This document shows, piece after piece, positions 38,049 through 47,473 of a DNA stretch of 64,000 bases; position 1 is the first letter of the stretch; every line of letters starts with the position of its first letter. The stretch is from a virus: positions 64,001-128,000 of IMG/VR virus record IMGVR_UViG_3300027833_003138; one strand, written 5' to 3'. The position numbers and the translations under genes are program-made. The notes under the pieces were generated by a model, which ran no database searches, was not told the origin of the DNA, and saw only the letters and a list, made by a program, of their open reading frames with translations.

Positions 38049-41000
38049 ATGCTATCTACCGCAATAGGAATTCAGTTTGATGTAAACGATCTCAAGGCTA
38101 ATTACGAAGTGATTGGCTCGTCCGACAATTACTCATTTCAATACAACCTAGGAAAAGGGAGTAAGCTTGTAGATTTTGAAGGAGAAACCGCGCAGAAGAC
38201 CATATCTCTGAATGGTAATTATGGCATTTTTTCAATTAGAATATTTGCGGTAAGCGACGTAGGTATTCGCTCTGAATTTCTTGAGGAAAAGATATCTATT
38301 AGCCCCCCATTGTTTGATGATACTTTTACATTTTCCGAAATCAAAGTTTCAAATCTTCCACAAGATTCAAACATAGGAAGCACTATCGAAATAGAACCTT
38401 CTGAGAGCGGTAATTTATTAGCAGTTAATTCTGAGTATATTAATAGAAATGTCGAAATAGAATGGAGACTATCTCCCCCTCCAGGCCACGCGAAGGAAGG
38501 AAGGTCGTTGGGCAACGAACTGCTCAGCGATAAATTTTTAAGAGACTTTTCTCTGCAAATAAGAAACACAGAAAATGGCAATATAATCTCTGACGCAGAA
38601 TTAAATAACTCTGTAGCTCTTCAGTCTACCCTTAACACCCCCTCGGTGTCCGATATGATGGATGCTTATACAGGATTTTCTTTTACAATATCAAATGACA
38701 CAATAACAGAGTTAAGTCTAGATAGAACTCTTGCTTTAGAGGTTGTCTCTAATGATGCGTTTGGTCGCCAAGCAACTGGAGTGTTAACTGGAATAAATTA
38801 TTTACCTACGGTTGACTCGTTAAGTTATAATTTGAGAGGGGCAAAAATGTCTTTTAGTTGGTCTTCTCAAGATACCGATTTTTATGAAGCTCAAATCTCG
38901 TCTCTCGGTATTCCTGGCGACGAAGAAATATACGATCCTTATAACCTTCAAAGAAGCATAGATTATTATGAAGCTCTGAGCTCGGCAACTATTTGGGAAA
39001 AGCACAATAATTATAGGGTCGGAGATAAGGTCATTCACGATTTAATTGTGTTTGAATGTATACAAGATTACAGATATTCCAACTTTCCAGATGTAAATAC
39101 AAGTGACACTAGCTACTGGACAAATGTGGGGCCAGTAATAGATCATTCTTTTACTCAAGAAAATATAACAGAAAATAATAAAGAATTTAATCAAATATGG
39201 GGATATAATTATTACTATTCTTTTATGCCTTCTGATGGTTACGGCACAGGGCAAAGATTGAATTTAACTGAAACAGGTTTACATCCAGGAGGTGAGCTGA
39301 ATCCTTTTAAGTCTGATGTAAAAATAGATAATTTAAATTTTATAGAAAGAGATGATGATTTAATTTTTCGTTGGAATGTAACTGATCAGGATAATAATTT
39401 AGTAGATTTAAATCAATATAAATTTTTAGTTGGGTCTACTGATAAGCCTTCTATTCTTGGAATAAGTGGATCTTTATATGATAGTGATACAAATTTATTT
39501 CTAACTGGAATAACTGAAGGTTTAAATTCTAGAACTTCTGTTACTGAAAATGGAGTTGAAAGTATATCCGAAAATCTTCCTGGCACAAAAGTTTTTGAGA
39601 CTTATGAATATACAAGAGAAATAAATAATTCAATTTATAAAGTTGGAGGTTTTCCTGAGCATCAAGATTTTTCTTATTCTGGTCAATATAATAATGGTGA
39701 CCATGTAGTATTTGAAAGCTCGTTATACAGAGCTACAAGCGAAACGGCTTTAAGCTCCGATAAGTTGATAACTCCTCTTGTCCCGCCTTGGAGTCCTGGC
39801 ATAAATTATTTATTCAGAACCGGCCTTCATCACTCTGATAGTTTCTCTTATGCTAGCGGAGTTTACTCTGTGTTTGGAACAGTTAATAACGAAATTATTG
39901 GGCCTGACGCAAGCGATGTTGTCGGACTATATAATGAGCTTGAAAACTATTCTATTGGCGATTTGATTATATCTCCAAACGGTAATACGGAAATTTATAA
40001 GGGAGGAAGGTTTTTCGATGTTGGCGATAGCGTTTTATACGAGGGATCTTTGTATACATGTATTACTCAACAGGAAAGCTCTGATTATATATCTCCAGAT
40101 ACGGGAATGAATCATTGGAAAACCGCTTCAGCTTTTTCAAGCGTTTCTGCAGATATTTATAAAGCTATAGCTGCAGTGCCACAATCTTCAGAGATACTTC
40201 CCTCGACGGGGTATACCCATTGGCAAGTTCAAAACCCTGAGACATCTAATAAATATTATTTACTCGCTGAAAATTATGATTTTCCGATTCGTAATTGGTC
40301 TCAGCTTGATGATTTTTCTAGCGCAGATTTTGTTGTATACGCTAATGATATATGGAGCGGGGTCGATTCAAGCGGCCCAAACACCCCTGCAGGATCAAAG
40401 ATTCCAAACTTAAGTAATAATAGTTATTGGACTAATACCGATAACCAATCGAGCGACTTCTCTACGAGTCACCAAGTTGGAGATAAGGTATTCTCTAACG
40501 GAGCTATATATAAATGTTTAGCTAACAATCCGACGGGAGCGCCTCTTGAAGCTGTAGTCGACAACTCTTCACAAATAAACTCTTCATATCAATCGTCTCA
40601 GTGGGCTCCTTATTGGGAATTGAATACAGGGTTTGATGGTGTAATTTTTAAACACGAAGGGATTCCAGAAAAAGGCAAAAGAAGCGTTGGTCTTGAATTG
40701 GCGATTTTAAGCCCTTTGGGTGAAGTTTTAAATTCAAGAAGGATAGTTGGAAATAATCCTGAGCCCAGTATATTGCCCCAAGGATTTCAGGTTGACTCTT
40801 TAAGTAATGTCACTCAAGTGCATTTCAATTTTAATTACGCATTTGGATCTAGAGAGCAAACAACCAAGGTTCAATTATATAGGTCCGAGTTTCCAAGCTT
40901 TTCCATACTGGACGGAAATGGGTTTCCTGGTTCTGGGGCAGGGTCTTTTGTTTCAGAAATATTGGGGCCTGGGGACTCCACTTTTGGGAAAAATATAACA

Positions 41001-44000
41001 TCAATTACAGATTCGCCTCCGATACCAAATATTCCGGGTTTGGGACATCAAATAACCGGTTATTATTACAAACTTCTTCCTTTTGACTCTTTTGGTAGTG
41101 GCGACTTATTTAACGTAACAGATAATCAAGGAAGTCTTGAGCGGGTTTTGGTTTATCCTCATGGGTACAATAACCAGAACGAAAATGGATACATGGGGCC
41201 AGTTTTCTCAACAACAGAAGATGCGATCCCTGGCCCCGTTAAAGATTTTAAGGGAGATACGGCTTTTAGGAATTATTTCTTGAATTGGAAGATGCCTGAT
41301 GCAGAATTTAATTCTGCAAATAACATAATAAACACTTCTCCAAACGATATAAGTCATTACGAAGTTTGGGAGTCGGAAGATAACTACCTTTATTTCGGAA
41401 CTGAGGATACGACTCTCGACGAAACAAGAAATTTATCCGGATACAGAAGAATAACTGGAGACCTAACCAGTGTCGGTCCAATACCCTCAGAGATTAATGA
41501 CCCAGCTTCGGGAATAACCAACGCAACAAACGTTTTAAATATTTCAGCAATATCTCCAAGCGTGCAAGTAACGCATCAAGGAGAACCTAATGATAAAAGA
41601 TATTTTTGGGTTAGATCTGTGGATCACGCGGGTAATAAAGGTCCGTTTACTGGCGACGCTAACCTAGGATCCTCTAATGATATCATAGGTTTGGACTTGA
41701 CCTTGGGGCAGGCTAGAACCACAGATGTTTCGGATTTTGAGCAAAACATAACCCAAACATTTCCAAACACTCTAGCTTTAGTTCCAAACAACCCTTTTGC
41801 AGCTAATCAGCCATACGGGGGGGAAGTTTCGTGGGACCGACATTTTGTATATAATGACGGAGTTGGTTATGTTATTGGGGGTAGCGACACTCACGATCTG
41901 AAAACTAGTCAGGGATTAAGTACAGCTAAATATATTTATTGGAAGAGCGGTGATATGTCCGCCTTAACGGCAGAACAGTACTCGATGTTGGGGCTTGCTC
42001 CTCCTGGAGATAAGGTTGTCCGATTGATTGATGCGGAGATAGATGGGGCACAAAATATAACCAATAATCAATTTTCTATCAAGGAAACAGATTATGATTT
42101 AGGAACAAACAACCAATACAATAATCATTATATACGCTTTAAGAATGGGCTGCTAGACACTCAAGAAAGAAAAATATCTAATTATCAAAGATTTTCTAAT
42201 TACGTAACAATAACCCTAGATAGATCATTTTCTCAACCCCCTTTAAGTGGAGATGATATAGAAATTCTGGAAGAGGTTGCAGTAAGTTCTGCCATCACGA
42301 ATCCTCTTCGCAGTATTCAATTCTCTGGGCAGTATAGGGTTTCTGATTACCACCCAGCTGGAGAAGGAGAAACAAGCGACCCGTCTGCTTACGCAGGGCC
42401 AGACATGGATTCGGAAAAACCAAGTCTGCTTGATGATAATGATTTTATTATTGCAAGAAACGCGGGGGGCATACCAACCCCAATGTGGCACGCTTTTGCG
42501 AATGCAACAATAGGCACCGCTCATATAGAAGAAGCCGCAATAACTAATGCGAAAATACACAATTTAACAGCTGATAAAATAAGATCTTCTGTAATACAGT
42601 CTCAAGACATTCAGGTTGGTGGAGACGCCAATAGTGGGCAAATCCGAAGTGCTGGTTTTGGGCTGTTGAATGATGTAGGCGGTTACGGATATGATTGTGT
42701 GGACGCTCCAGGAGCAGGCTTTGCGATCAGCGGAAACGGTTCTTTTGTTTTTAAAACAGAAAGGGGTAAGTTGTTTTTTGAGGAGGACGAGTTAACTATT
42801 CACGGAAATATAAGACAAAAGGACGGCTCCGAGTTGACCGTAATGTCAATGAATGCAGAGCCCTCGGTTTTTAATTACGAAGAGACTGCAGATGGCGTTT
42901 TTAAACCCGAGCTAAATCAAACTTCAAACATTACTGTAAGATTTAATAATAGCGATATTACCGAAAACGATGTTAGATTCAAAATGGAACTTCCTGATGG
43001 AACTAATGTTTTTAATTATACTGACTATTCAAATGGTTATAATACTCATGGCTTTGAGTATCAGCCAAACAATACTTATTTTAATTCAGACACTCAAGTT
43101 GCAACTGCTACGTTTAAAGTTGGAAATAAAGAAACCAACACCGCAGGTTTTGATAAAATCATTCACGGAAATGATGATATTATTGACTTTCAATCTGTTA
43201 TTATATACGCTTCTGGTATAGGCACAAGCACCGAACATTCAACAACAGTAAGTGTGCTTGCCAATGGAGCTCCTGGACCAACAGGAAAAACACCTGTTTA
43301 TAGAGGCGTGTGGGATTCCACAAAGAATTACATCGGCATGGAGGATGGAATTCAAGGGTCCGACACGGCAGAGGAATTGAGAGGAGATCTAGTCTATTAC
43401 GATAATCCCTCATCTCCAGCAGGAGGAAATGGGCATCATTATATAGCTATGAAAAATAGCGGTCCGTCAAGTGCGGTTATTACCCCGGGACAACACGCCC
43501 AAACAGACGATTATTGGAAGAAATTCGGAGCCGAATTTCAAAGCGTAGCAACTAACTTGCTGCTTGCGGACAATGCGGTCATAACTCATAGCTTGACTAT
43601 GGGGAGTAGCGACGATGATAATCCAGCAACCCATGGAGCGGGTGGAAAAATCGTATCTTCTAGTTTCTTGGGTGGATTTAGTGATGATTTAACAGCCAAT
43701 CGAAGCATAGAAGATTATTCGAATGCGGGTTTTAGGCTGCAAAAATCAGCCACTTCTCCTTATAATGTAGCTTTAGATGTTGGTGGGCCAAACTCATATT
43801 TTAGATATAGCAGTATAGCTGACAGGGTAGAAATAAGAGGAAGTTTTATAAATAATAATATTATTGATGGTTCTGTAACTAGCAACTTAGCGGGTGCAGT
43901 AGGAGATCCAAAGTCTGTTTTTATAGGAGGTGGTTATAATAACCAAATTAATAATTCCAGTTTCACTAATCTTAATTGCCTGGCCTCTTCGATAGTTGGC

Positions 44001-44828
44001 GGTGGAGATAACCTTATACAAGGAAGGTTTTCTATAATAGGTAATGGGTATGGAAATGAATTAAAAGATAATTTTTCTGTTATATGCGGTGGGTTTGAAA
44101 ATAAAATGCCACTCGGCAGCTCTGTTAATGAGGGCGCTAATATAATAGGCGCGGGTTATCAAAACCAAATAAACGGAGGCTCTATTCAGGGAATTCTTGG
44201 CGGTTCAAAAAACGTTATAGATAATTCCTCTGGCACTAAACATTATAATAGTGCAGGTGGATGGGCTAATGTTTTAAAAAGAGGCCTGGATCAAGCAATA
44301 TATGGTGACGCAGGGGTAGGGTGGTTAACTAATACCTGGATTAATACACATCTAGATTATAATGTATTAGGTTATTGGCCGGAAGGTTTATTTTTTAGTT
44401 CAGATTTATCCAATGCATCGGGCGGGTCGACCCCTAAGCTCGGTTGGACCTTCTCGTCCGCTTTTGGGTGGGCTTATTTTTCTTATGTAGGCACACCTAA
44501 CGGTATGTATGATACTGTTAATACAAGCGGCGGCGTTTGGATGTATGCGGAAATTTTCTCAAATACTCCGGAGTGGTGTTTTCTTTTTCATCCAGGTGCG
44601 ATGGTTAATGCATCGTTTTATAAAGCAACTTCTGGGGTTGGTTTATGGTTTGACCCTGCGTATATAGCAAACTCCGCTTCGCTGGGAACTTTCGAACACG
44701 GTTCTGGGAAGCGAATGCATAGATCTTCGAATAGTACATGGTATGATATAATTATTAATTCTGCCAACGAAGTCTGGTATAGCGCTGCAGCTAGTGGCGG
44801 CAGTGCTAAAACTTGGTATAAAAAATAA
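38049..44828 (+). CDS. large central tail fibre/tip protein (Fn3-like, CBM5/12-like repeats, gpJ C-terminal-type segment)
   Basis: W....Y.VGD.V....Y.C repeats; YFWVRSVD.AGN Fn3 signature; IG.A.I..AAITNAKI.NL.ADKI; GGG..N beta-roll repeats. Confidence 0.75.
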   Translation: MLSTAIGIQFDVNDLKANYEVIGSSDNYSFQYNLGKGSKLVDFEGETAQKTISLNGNYGIFSIRIFAVSDVGIRSEFLEEKISISPPLFDDTFTFSEIKVSNLPQDSNIGSTIEIEPSESGNLLAVNSEYINRNVEIEWRLSPPPGHAKEGRSLGNELLSDKFLRDFSLQIRNTENGNIISDAELNNSVALQSTLNTPSVSDMMDAYTGFSFTISNDTITELSLDRTLALEVVSNDAFGRQATGVLTGINYLPTVDSLSYNLRGAKMSFSWSSQDTDFYEAQISSLGIPGDEEIYDPYNLQRSIDYYEALSSATIWEKHNNYRVGDKVIHDLIVFECIQDYRYSNFPDVNTSDTSYWTNVGPVIDHSFTQENITENNKEFNQIWGYNYYYSFMPSDGYGTGQRLNLTETGLHPGGELNPFKSDVKIDNLNFIERDDDLIFRWNVTDQDNNLVDLNQYKFLVGSTDKPSILGISGSLYDSDTNLFLTGITEGLNSRTSVTENGVESISENLPGTKVFETYEYTREINNSIYKVGGFPEHQDFSYSGQYNNGDHVVFESSLYRATSETALSSDKLITPLVPPWSPGINYLFRTGLHHSDSFSYASGVYSVFGTVNNEIIGPDASDVVGLYNELENYSIGDLIISPNGNTEIYKGGRFFDVGDSVLYEGSLYTCITQQESSDYISPDTGMNHWKTASAFSSVSADIYKAIAAVPQSSEILPSTGYTHWQVQNPETSNKYYLLAENYDFPIRNWSQLDDFSSADFVVYANDIWSGVDSSGPNTPAGSKIPNLSNNSYWTNTDNQSSDFSTSHQVGDKVFSNGAIYKCLANNPTGAPLEAVVDNSSQINSSYQSSQWAPYWELNTGFDGVIFKHEGIPEKGKRSVGLELAILSPLGEVLNSRRIVGNNPEPSILPQGFQVDSLSNVTQVHFNFNYAFGSREQTTKVQLYRSEFPSFSILDGNGFPGSGAGSFVSEILGPGDSTFGKNITSITDSPPIPNIPGLGHQITGYYYKLLPFDSFGSGDLFNVTDNQGSLERVLVYPHGYNNQNENGYMGPVFSTTEDAIPGPVKDFKGDTAFRNYFLNWKMPDAEFNSANNIINTSPNDISHYEVWESEDNYLYFGTEDTTLDETRNLSGYRRITGDLTSVGPIPSEINDPASGITNATNVLNISAISPSVQVTHQGEPNDKRYFWVRSVDHAGNKGPFTGDANLGSSNDIIGLDLTLGQARTTDVSDFEQNITQTFPNTLALVPNNPFAANQPYGGEVSWDRHFVYNDGVGYVIGGSDTHDLKTSQGLSTAKYIYWKSGDMSALTAEQYSMLGLAPPGDKVVRLIDAEIDGAQNITNNQFSIKETDYDLGTNNQYNNHYIRFKNGLLDTQERKISNYQRFSNYVTITLDRSFSQPPLSGDDIEILEEVAVSSAITNPLRSIQFSGQYRVSDYHPAGEGETSDPSAYAGPDMDSEKPSLLDDNDFIIARNAGGIPTPMWHAFANATIGTAHIEEAAITNAKIHNLTADKIRSSVIQSQDIQVGGDANSGQIRSAGFGLLNDVGGYGYDCVDAPGAGFAISGNGSFVFKTERGKLFFEEDELTIHGNIRQKDGSELTVMSMNAEPSVFNYEETADGVFKPELNQTSNITVRFNNSDITENDVRFKMELPDGTNVFNYTDYSNGYNTHGFEYQPNNTYFNSDTQVATATFKVGNKETNTAGFDKIIHGNDDIIDFQSVIIYASGIGTSTEHSTTVSVLANGAPGPTGKTPVYRGVWDSTKNYIGMEDGIQGSDTAEELRGDLVYYDNPSSPAGGNGHHYIAMKNSGPSSAVITPGQHAQTDDYWKKFGAEFQSVATNLLLADNAVITHSLTMGSSDDDNPATHGAGGKIVSSSFLGGFSDDLTANRSIEDYSNAGFRLQKSATSPYNVALDVGGPNSYFRYSSIADRVEIRGSFINNNIIDGSVTSNLAGAVGDPKSVFIGGGYNNQINNSSFTNLNCLASSIVGGGDNLIQGRFSIIGNGYGNELKDNFSVICGGFENKMPLGSSVNEGANIIGAGYQNQINGGSIQGILGGSKNVIDNSSGTKHYNSAGGWANVLKRGLDQAIYGDAGVGWLTNTWINTHLDYNVLGYWPEGLFFSSDLSNASGGSTPKLGWTFSSAFGWAYFSYVGTPNGMYDTVNTSGGVWMYAEIFSNTPEWCFLFHPGAMVNASFYKATSGVGLWFDPAYIANSASLGTFEHGSGKRMHRSSNSTWYDIIINSANEVWYSAAASGGSAKTWYKK

Positions 44829-44843
44829 ATAAATAAATAAATT

Positions 44844-45521
44844 ATGAGTTCTATCCCCCCACCTCCGCCAACTTTTACGCCTAGTATTCCTGCGCCAAAT
44901 TTTAATCCAGGATCGCCTCCTTCTGTTTTCGTTCCCTCTTTTACTGCTGACGGATTTGATTCGGGCAACGCTATTATTGCGGGCTATAACAATGAGATAT
45001 TGGGGTCTTGTAGGTCGACAATAATAAATGGGCAAGGTAATTACATAACAAATAAATACAACACTCATATCTTGGGGGACTTTGTTTCCCCTTTGGATCC
45101 TAGTGGGACAAGCAATGGAAGTCAGTCGGATTTGGTCGACAACGCTTTTTATATTGGTTGTATAAATGGGGTTCACTCATACGGTGATGTAGTAGCTTAT
45201 GCTGCGTCGGACAAGAGGTTAAAAGATAATATTAAATCAATCAAGGACCCTTTGTCAAAAATTTTATCTCTGGATTCTGTAAGCTTTGACTGGAACAAAA
45301 AACAGGAAACCTACAAAGGTCGCGATATAGGATTAATAGCCCAGCAGGTAGAAAAGATTGCTCCGGAACTGGTGACAACTAGAGAAAATGGATATCTTGC
45401 GATAAAATACGACAAATTAACAACATTACTTGTTGGAGCTATAAAAGAGCAGCAAGAGCAGATTGATGTTTTAAGCGATAGGGTTGAGAGCTTGCTAAGA
45501 AAGCTAGACTCTATGAGTTGA
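44844..45521 (+). CDS. tail fibre protein with Peptidase S74 intramolecular chaperone domain
   Basis: GDVVAY..SD.RLK.NI...F.W...G.IAQ.VE...PELV...L..KY.KL..LL..AIKE. Confidence 0.88.
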   Translation: MSSIPPPPPTFTPSIPAPNFNPGSPPSVFVPSFTADGFDSGNAIIAGYNNEILGSCRSTIINGQGNYITNKYNTHILGDFVSPLDPSGTSNGSQSDLVDNAFYIGCINGVHSYGDVVAYAASDKRLKDNIKSIKDPLSKILSLDSVSFDWNKKQETYKGRDIGLIAQQVEKIAPELVTTRENGYLAIKYDKLTTLLVGAIKEQQEQIDVLSDRVESLLRKLDSMS

Positions 45522-46314
45522 TTACCTTCATTAATACTCTTGACTCTGTCGGGGGAATATCTGAGTAATCGTTCCAGTCTTTAACTGAATCGTTTTTATA
45601 TTTTCCGGTCTTCCACCAATCTCTAAGTATAACTTTAAACTCTTCAAAACTGGAACAATTCAATTTATCTCCAGCTAGAGACTCTATCATTGATGAAGGA
45701 GTAAGTGATCCTCCAGAGGAATTACTAGATACTGTCTGGCTGGATTTATCTATTTCATCGTCTCCCACGATATGAACATTTAAAAAATTTCTTACGCATC
45801 TAACAAAAGCTCTATTGCATGCTATAGTCTCTAAAAACTTCGTAGCAAAGCTGCTAGTGTTGTCTAGAGTGGCGTTAGCCATGTCTTGAAAGATTACTGG
45901 TTCACCAAAGGTTTCATAGTTTGGTAAAAATTTCATTCTGCATACCACTGCAACATGGTTGAGTTCACACCTAACCGTTTCATATGCAACATCCGAAAAG
46001 CCTCTTAATTTTGCAAGCTCCTTGATCCCGCTAAGTTTTATTAATAATTGATAATCTTTTAGTCCAATTATAGATCTAGGCAAATCTTTTTTTCTTAAAC
46101 TAAACCAGGATTTGTTTGGAAAAAGGTTTTCGTCTTTAATCATGGCTCTCCAATTTACAGAGCCATCCTCTGAAAATTCGTAATCTACGTTATCAAGCAA
46201 TCCAAATTCATTTCTTAGAAATTTACCCGGACCGTCTTTGTAGTTTTTAATATAAACTAAATTGCTTTGTTCTTTGTTTTCTGAATTATTTTCTGATGTC
46301 TTTGTTTTTACCAT
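45511..46314 (-). CDS. hypothetical protein, possibly Rad52-like ssDNA annealing fold
   Basis: I.L.GIKELA..RG...A.AT..N...A.NRAF.R.VR..L pattern. Confidence 0.45.
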   Translation of the reverse strand: MVKTKTSENNSENKEQSNLVYIKNYKDGPGKFLRNEFGLLDNVDYEFSEDGSVNWRAMIKDENLFPNKSWFSLRKKDLPRSIIGLKDYQLLIKLSGIKELAKLRGFSDVAYETVRCELNHVAVVCRMKFLPNYETFGEPVIFQDMANATLDNTSSFATKFLETIACNRAFVRCVRNFLNVHIVGDDEIDKSSQTVSSNSSGGSLTPSSMIESLAGDKLNCSSFEEFKVILRDWWKTGKYKNDSVKDWNDYSDIPPTESRVLMKVINS

Positions 46315-47473
46315 GATTTTTGTCGTTATAAATTTTTAGAGTATCAATTTCTTCCCAAAATTCAGGACAGTCTATAACTTGGTCGTGTTCTCCTTCGAGC
46401 TCATTTTTCCAAGCAGCTTTACTGTTGTATATTTGTCCTCCTGATATGATCTTCATTGAATTTTTATAACGAGTATTATCGCATAGTTTTTCAGAATTGT
46501 CAAGGTCTTTTTTAGTTTTTTCTTTTAACAAGGTAATCGGCCAGTCGAAGAATTTTAATCTTAGTTCATTTATTATACTTTCATCTTTGCATAATAGATT
46601 AAATCTAACGCCTCCTTTTTCTAGAGATTTAAAATAACTTTCTTTACTGTCGTGTGATACGAAATAATTTATTCTGTTTATATTTTTACGTATAACATTT
46701 AAGTATCTAATTTTCATTGGTTTGTCGAGAAATATATTACATTTTCTATCGTATGCCCATTTTGCTATATTTTGCTCGTCAAAACATTCATGACCCCATA
46801 TGTTGACGGGTTGACCCTTTGCAAAGCTTGCGGGCATTATATGGTTGGGAACTACGGAAATAGCTGGGATGTGGTATTGAGGCCCTAAATGTAGAGTTTC
46901 TATTTCTGAAATGGTATTTTTGATTTTTAACAATTTTAAAATAGACGAAGCTATTTCCTCAGGTTTAATTAAATTCACCATCTTCGGCTCTTCACTGTCA
47001 GAAAACGACGGCTTTAGCCCGTTCCTGTGGGACTCGATAAGTATCTGGTTTTCTTTGTCTCCCCAATATGGACCACAACACTCTTTAAATAGTACGCTAT
47101 ATAGGCACACTATTTTTTTATTAAAGCCAGAGGCTATATGGGTGCTAAATGAATCATTCCCAAAATGCAAAAGCGAATTCTGTATGATATATGCGGATTG
47201 TTTTATATTTGTTCTTCCGTGCAAATGCTCGCAACCCCTGATTGATTTATCTTCTTTTCCGCCTATTTGTATAACCTTAATTCCTTCGCTATTTAAATGA
47301 GGCAGAATCATTTCCATTACGTCATTATAGTAGTCGTAATTCTTTGCTTGCATTCCACTGCTCGCATGAAGGGTTATGTATTTGTTTTCGGCTATGGGGT
47401 AAAAGCAAGTCTCTATGTGGGGCTTATCTATTTTAACTCCACACGATAAGGCGTATTGTTCGATTAAGTGCAT
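46286..47473 (-). CDS. GT9-like glycosyltransferase
   Basis: K.YDY...V...IQIGG.....L.G.T...QSAY.I....H.G.DS...H.A. Confidence 0.7.
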   Translation of the reverse strand: MHLIEQYALSCGVKIDKPHIETCFYPIAENKYITLHASSGMQAKNYDYYNDVMEMILPHLNSEGIKVIQIGGKEDKSIRGCEHLHGRTNIKQSAYIIQNSLLHFGNDSFSTHIASGFNKKIVCLYSVLFKECCGPYWGDKENQILIESHRNGLKPSFSDSEEPKMVNLIKPEEIASSILKLLKIKNTISEIETLHLGPQYHIPAISVVPNHIMPASFAKGQPVNIWGHECFDEQNIAKWAYDRKCNIFLDKPMKIRYLNVIRKNINRINYFVSHDSKESYFKSLEKGGVRFNLLCKDESIINELRLKFFDWPITLLKEKTKKDLDNSEKLCDNTRYKNSMKIISGGQIYNSKAAWKNELEGEHDQVIDCPEFWEEIDTLKIYNDKNHGKNKDIRK

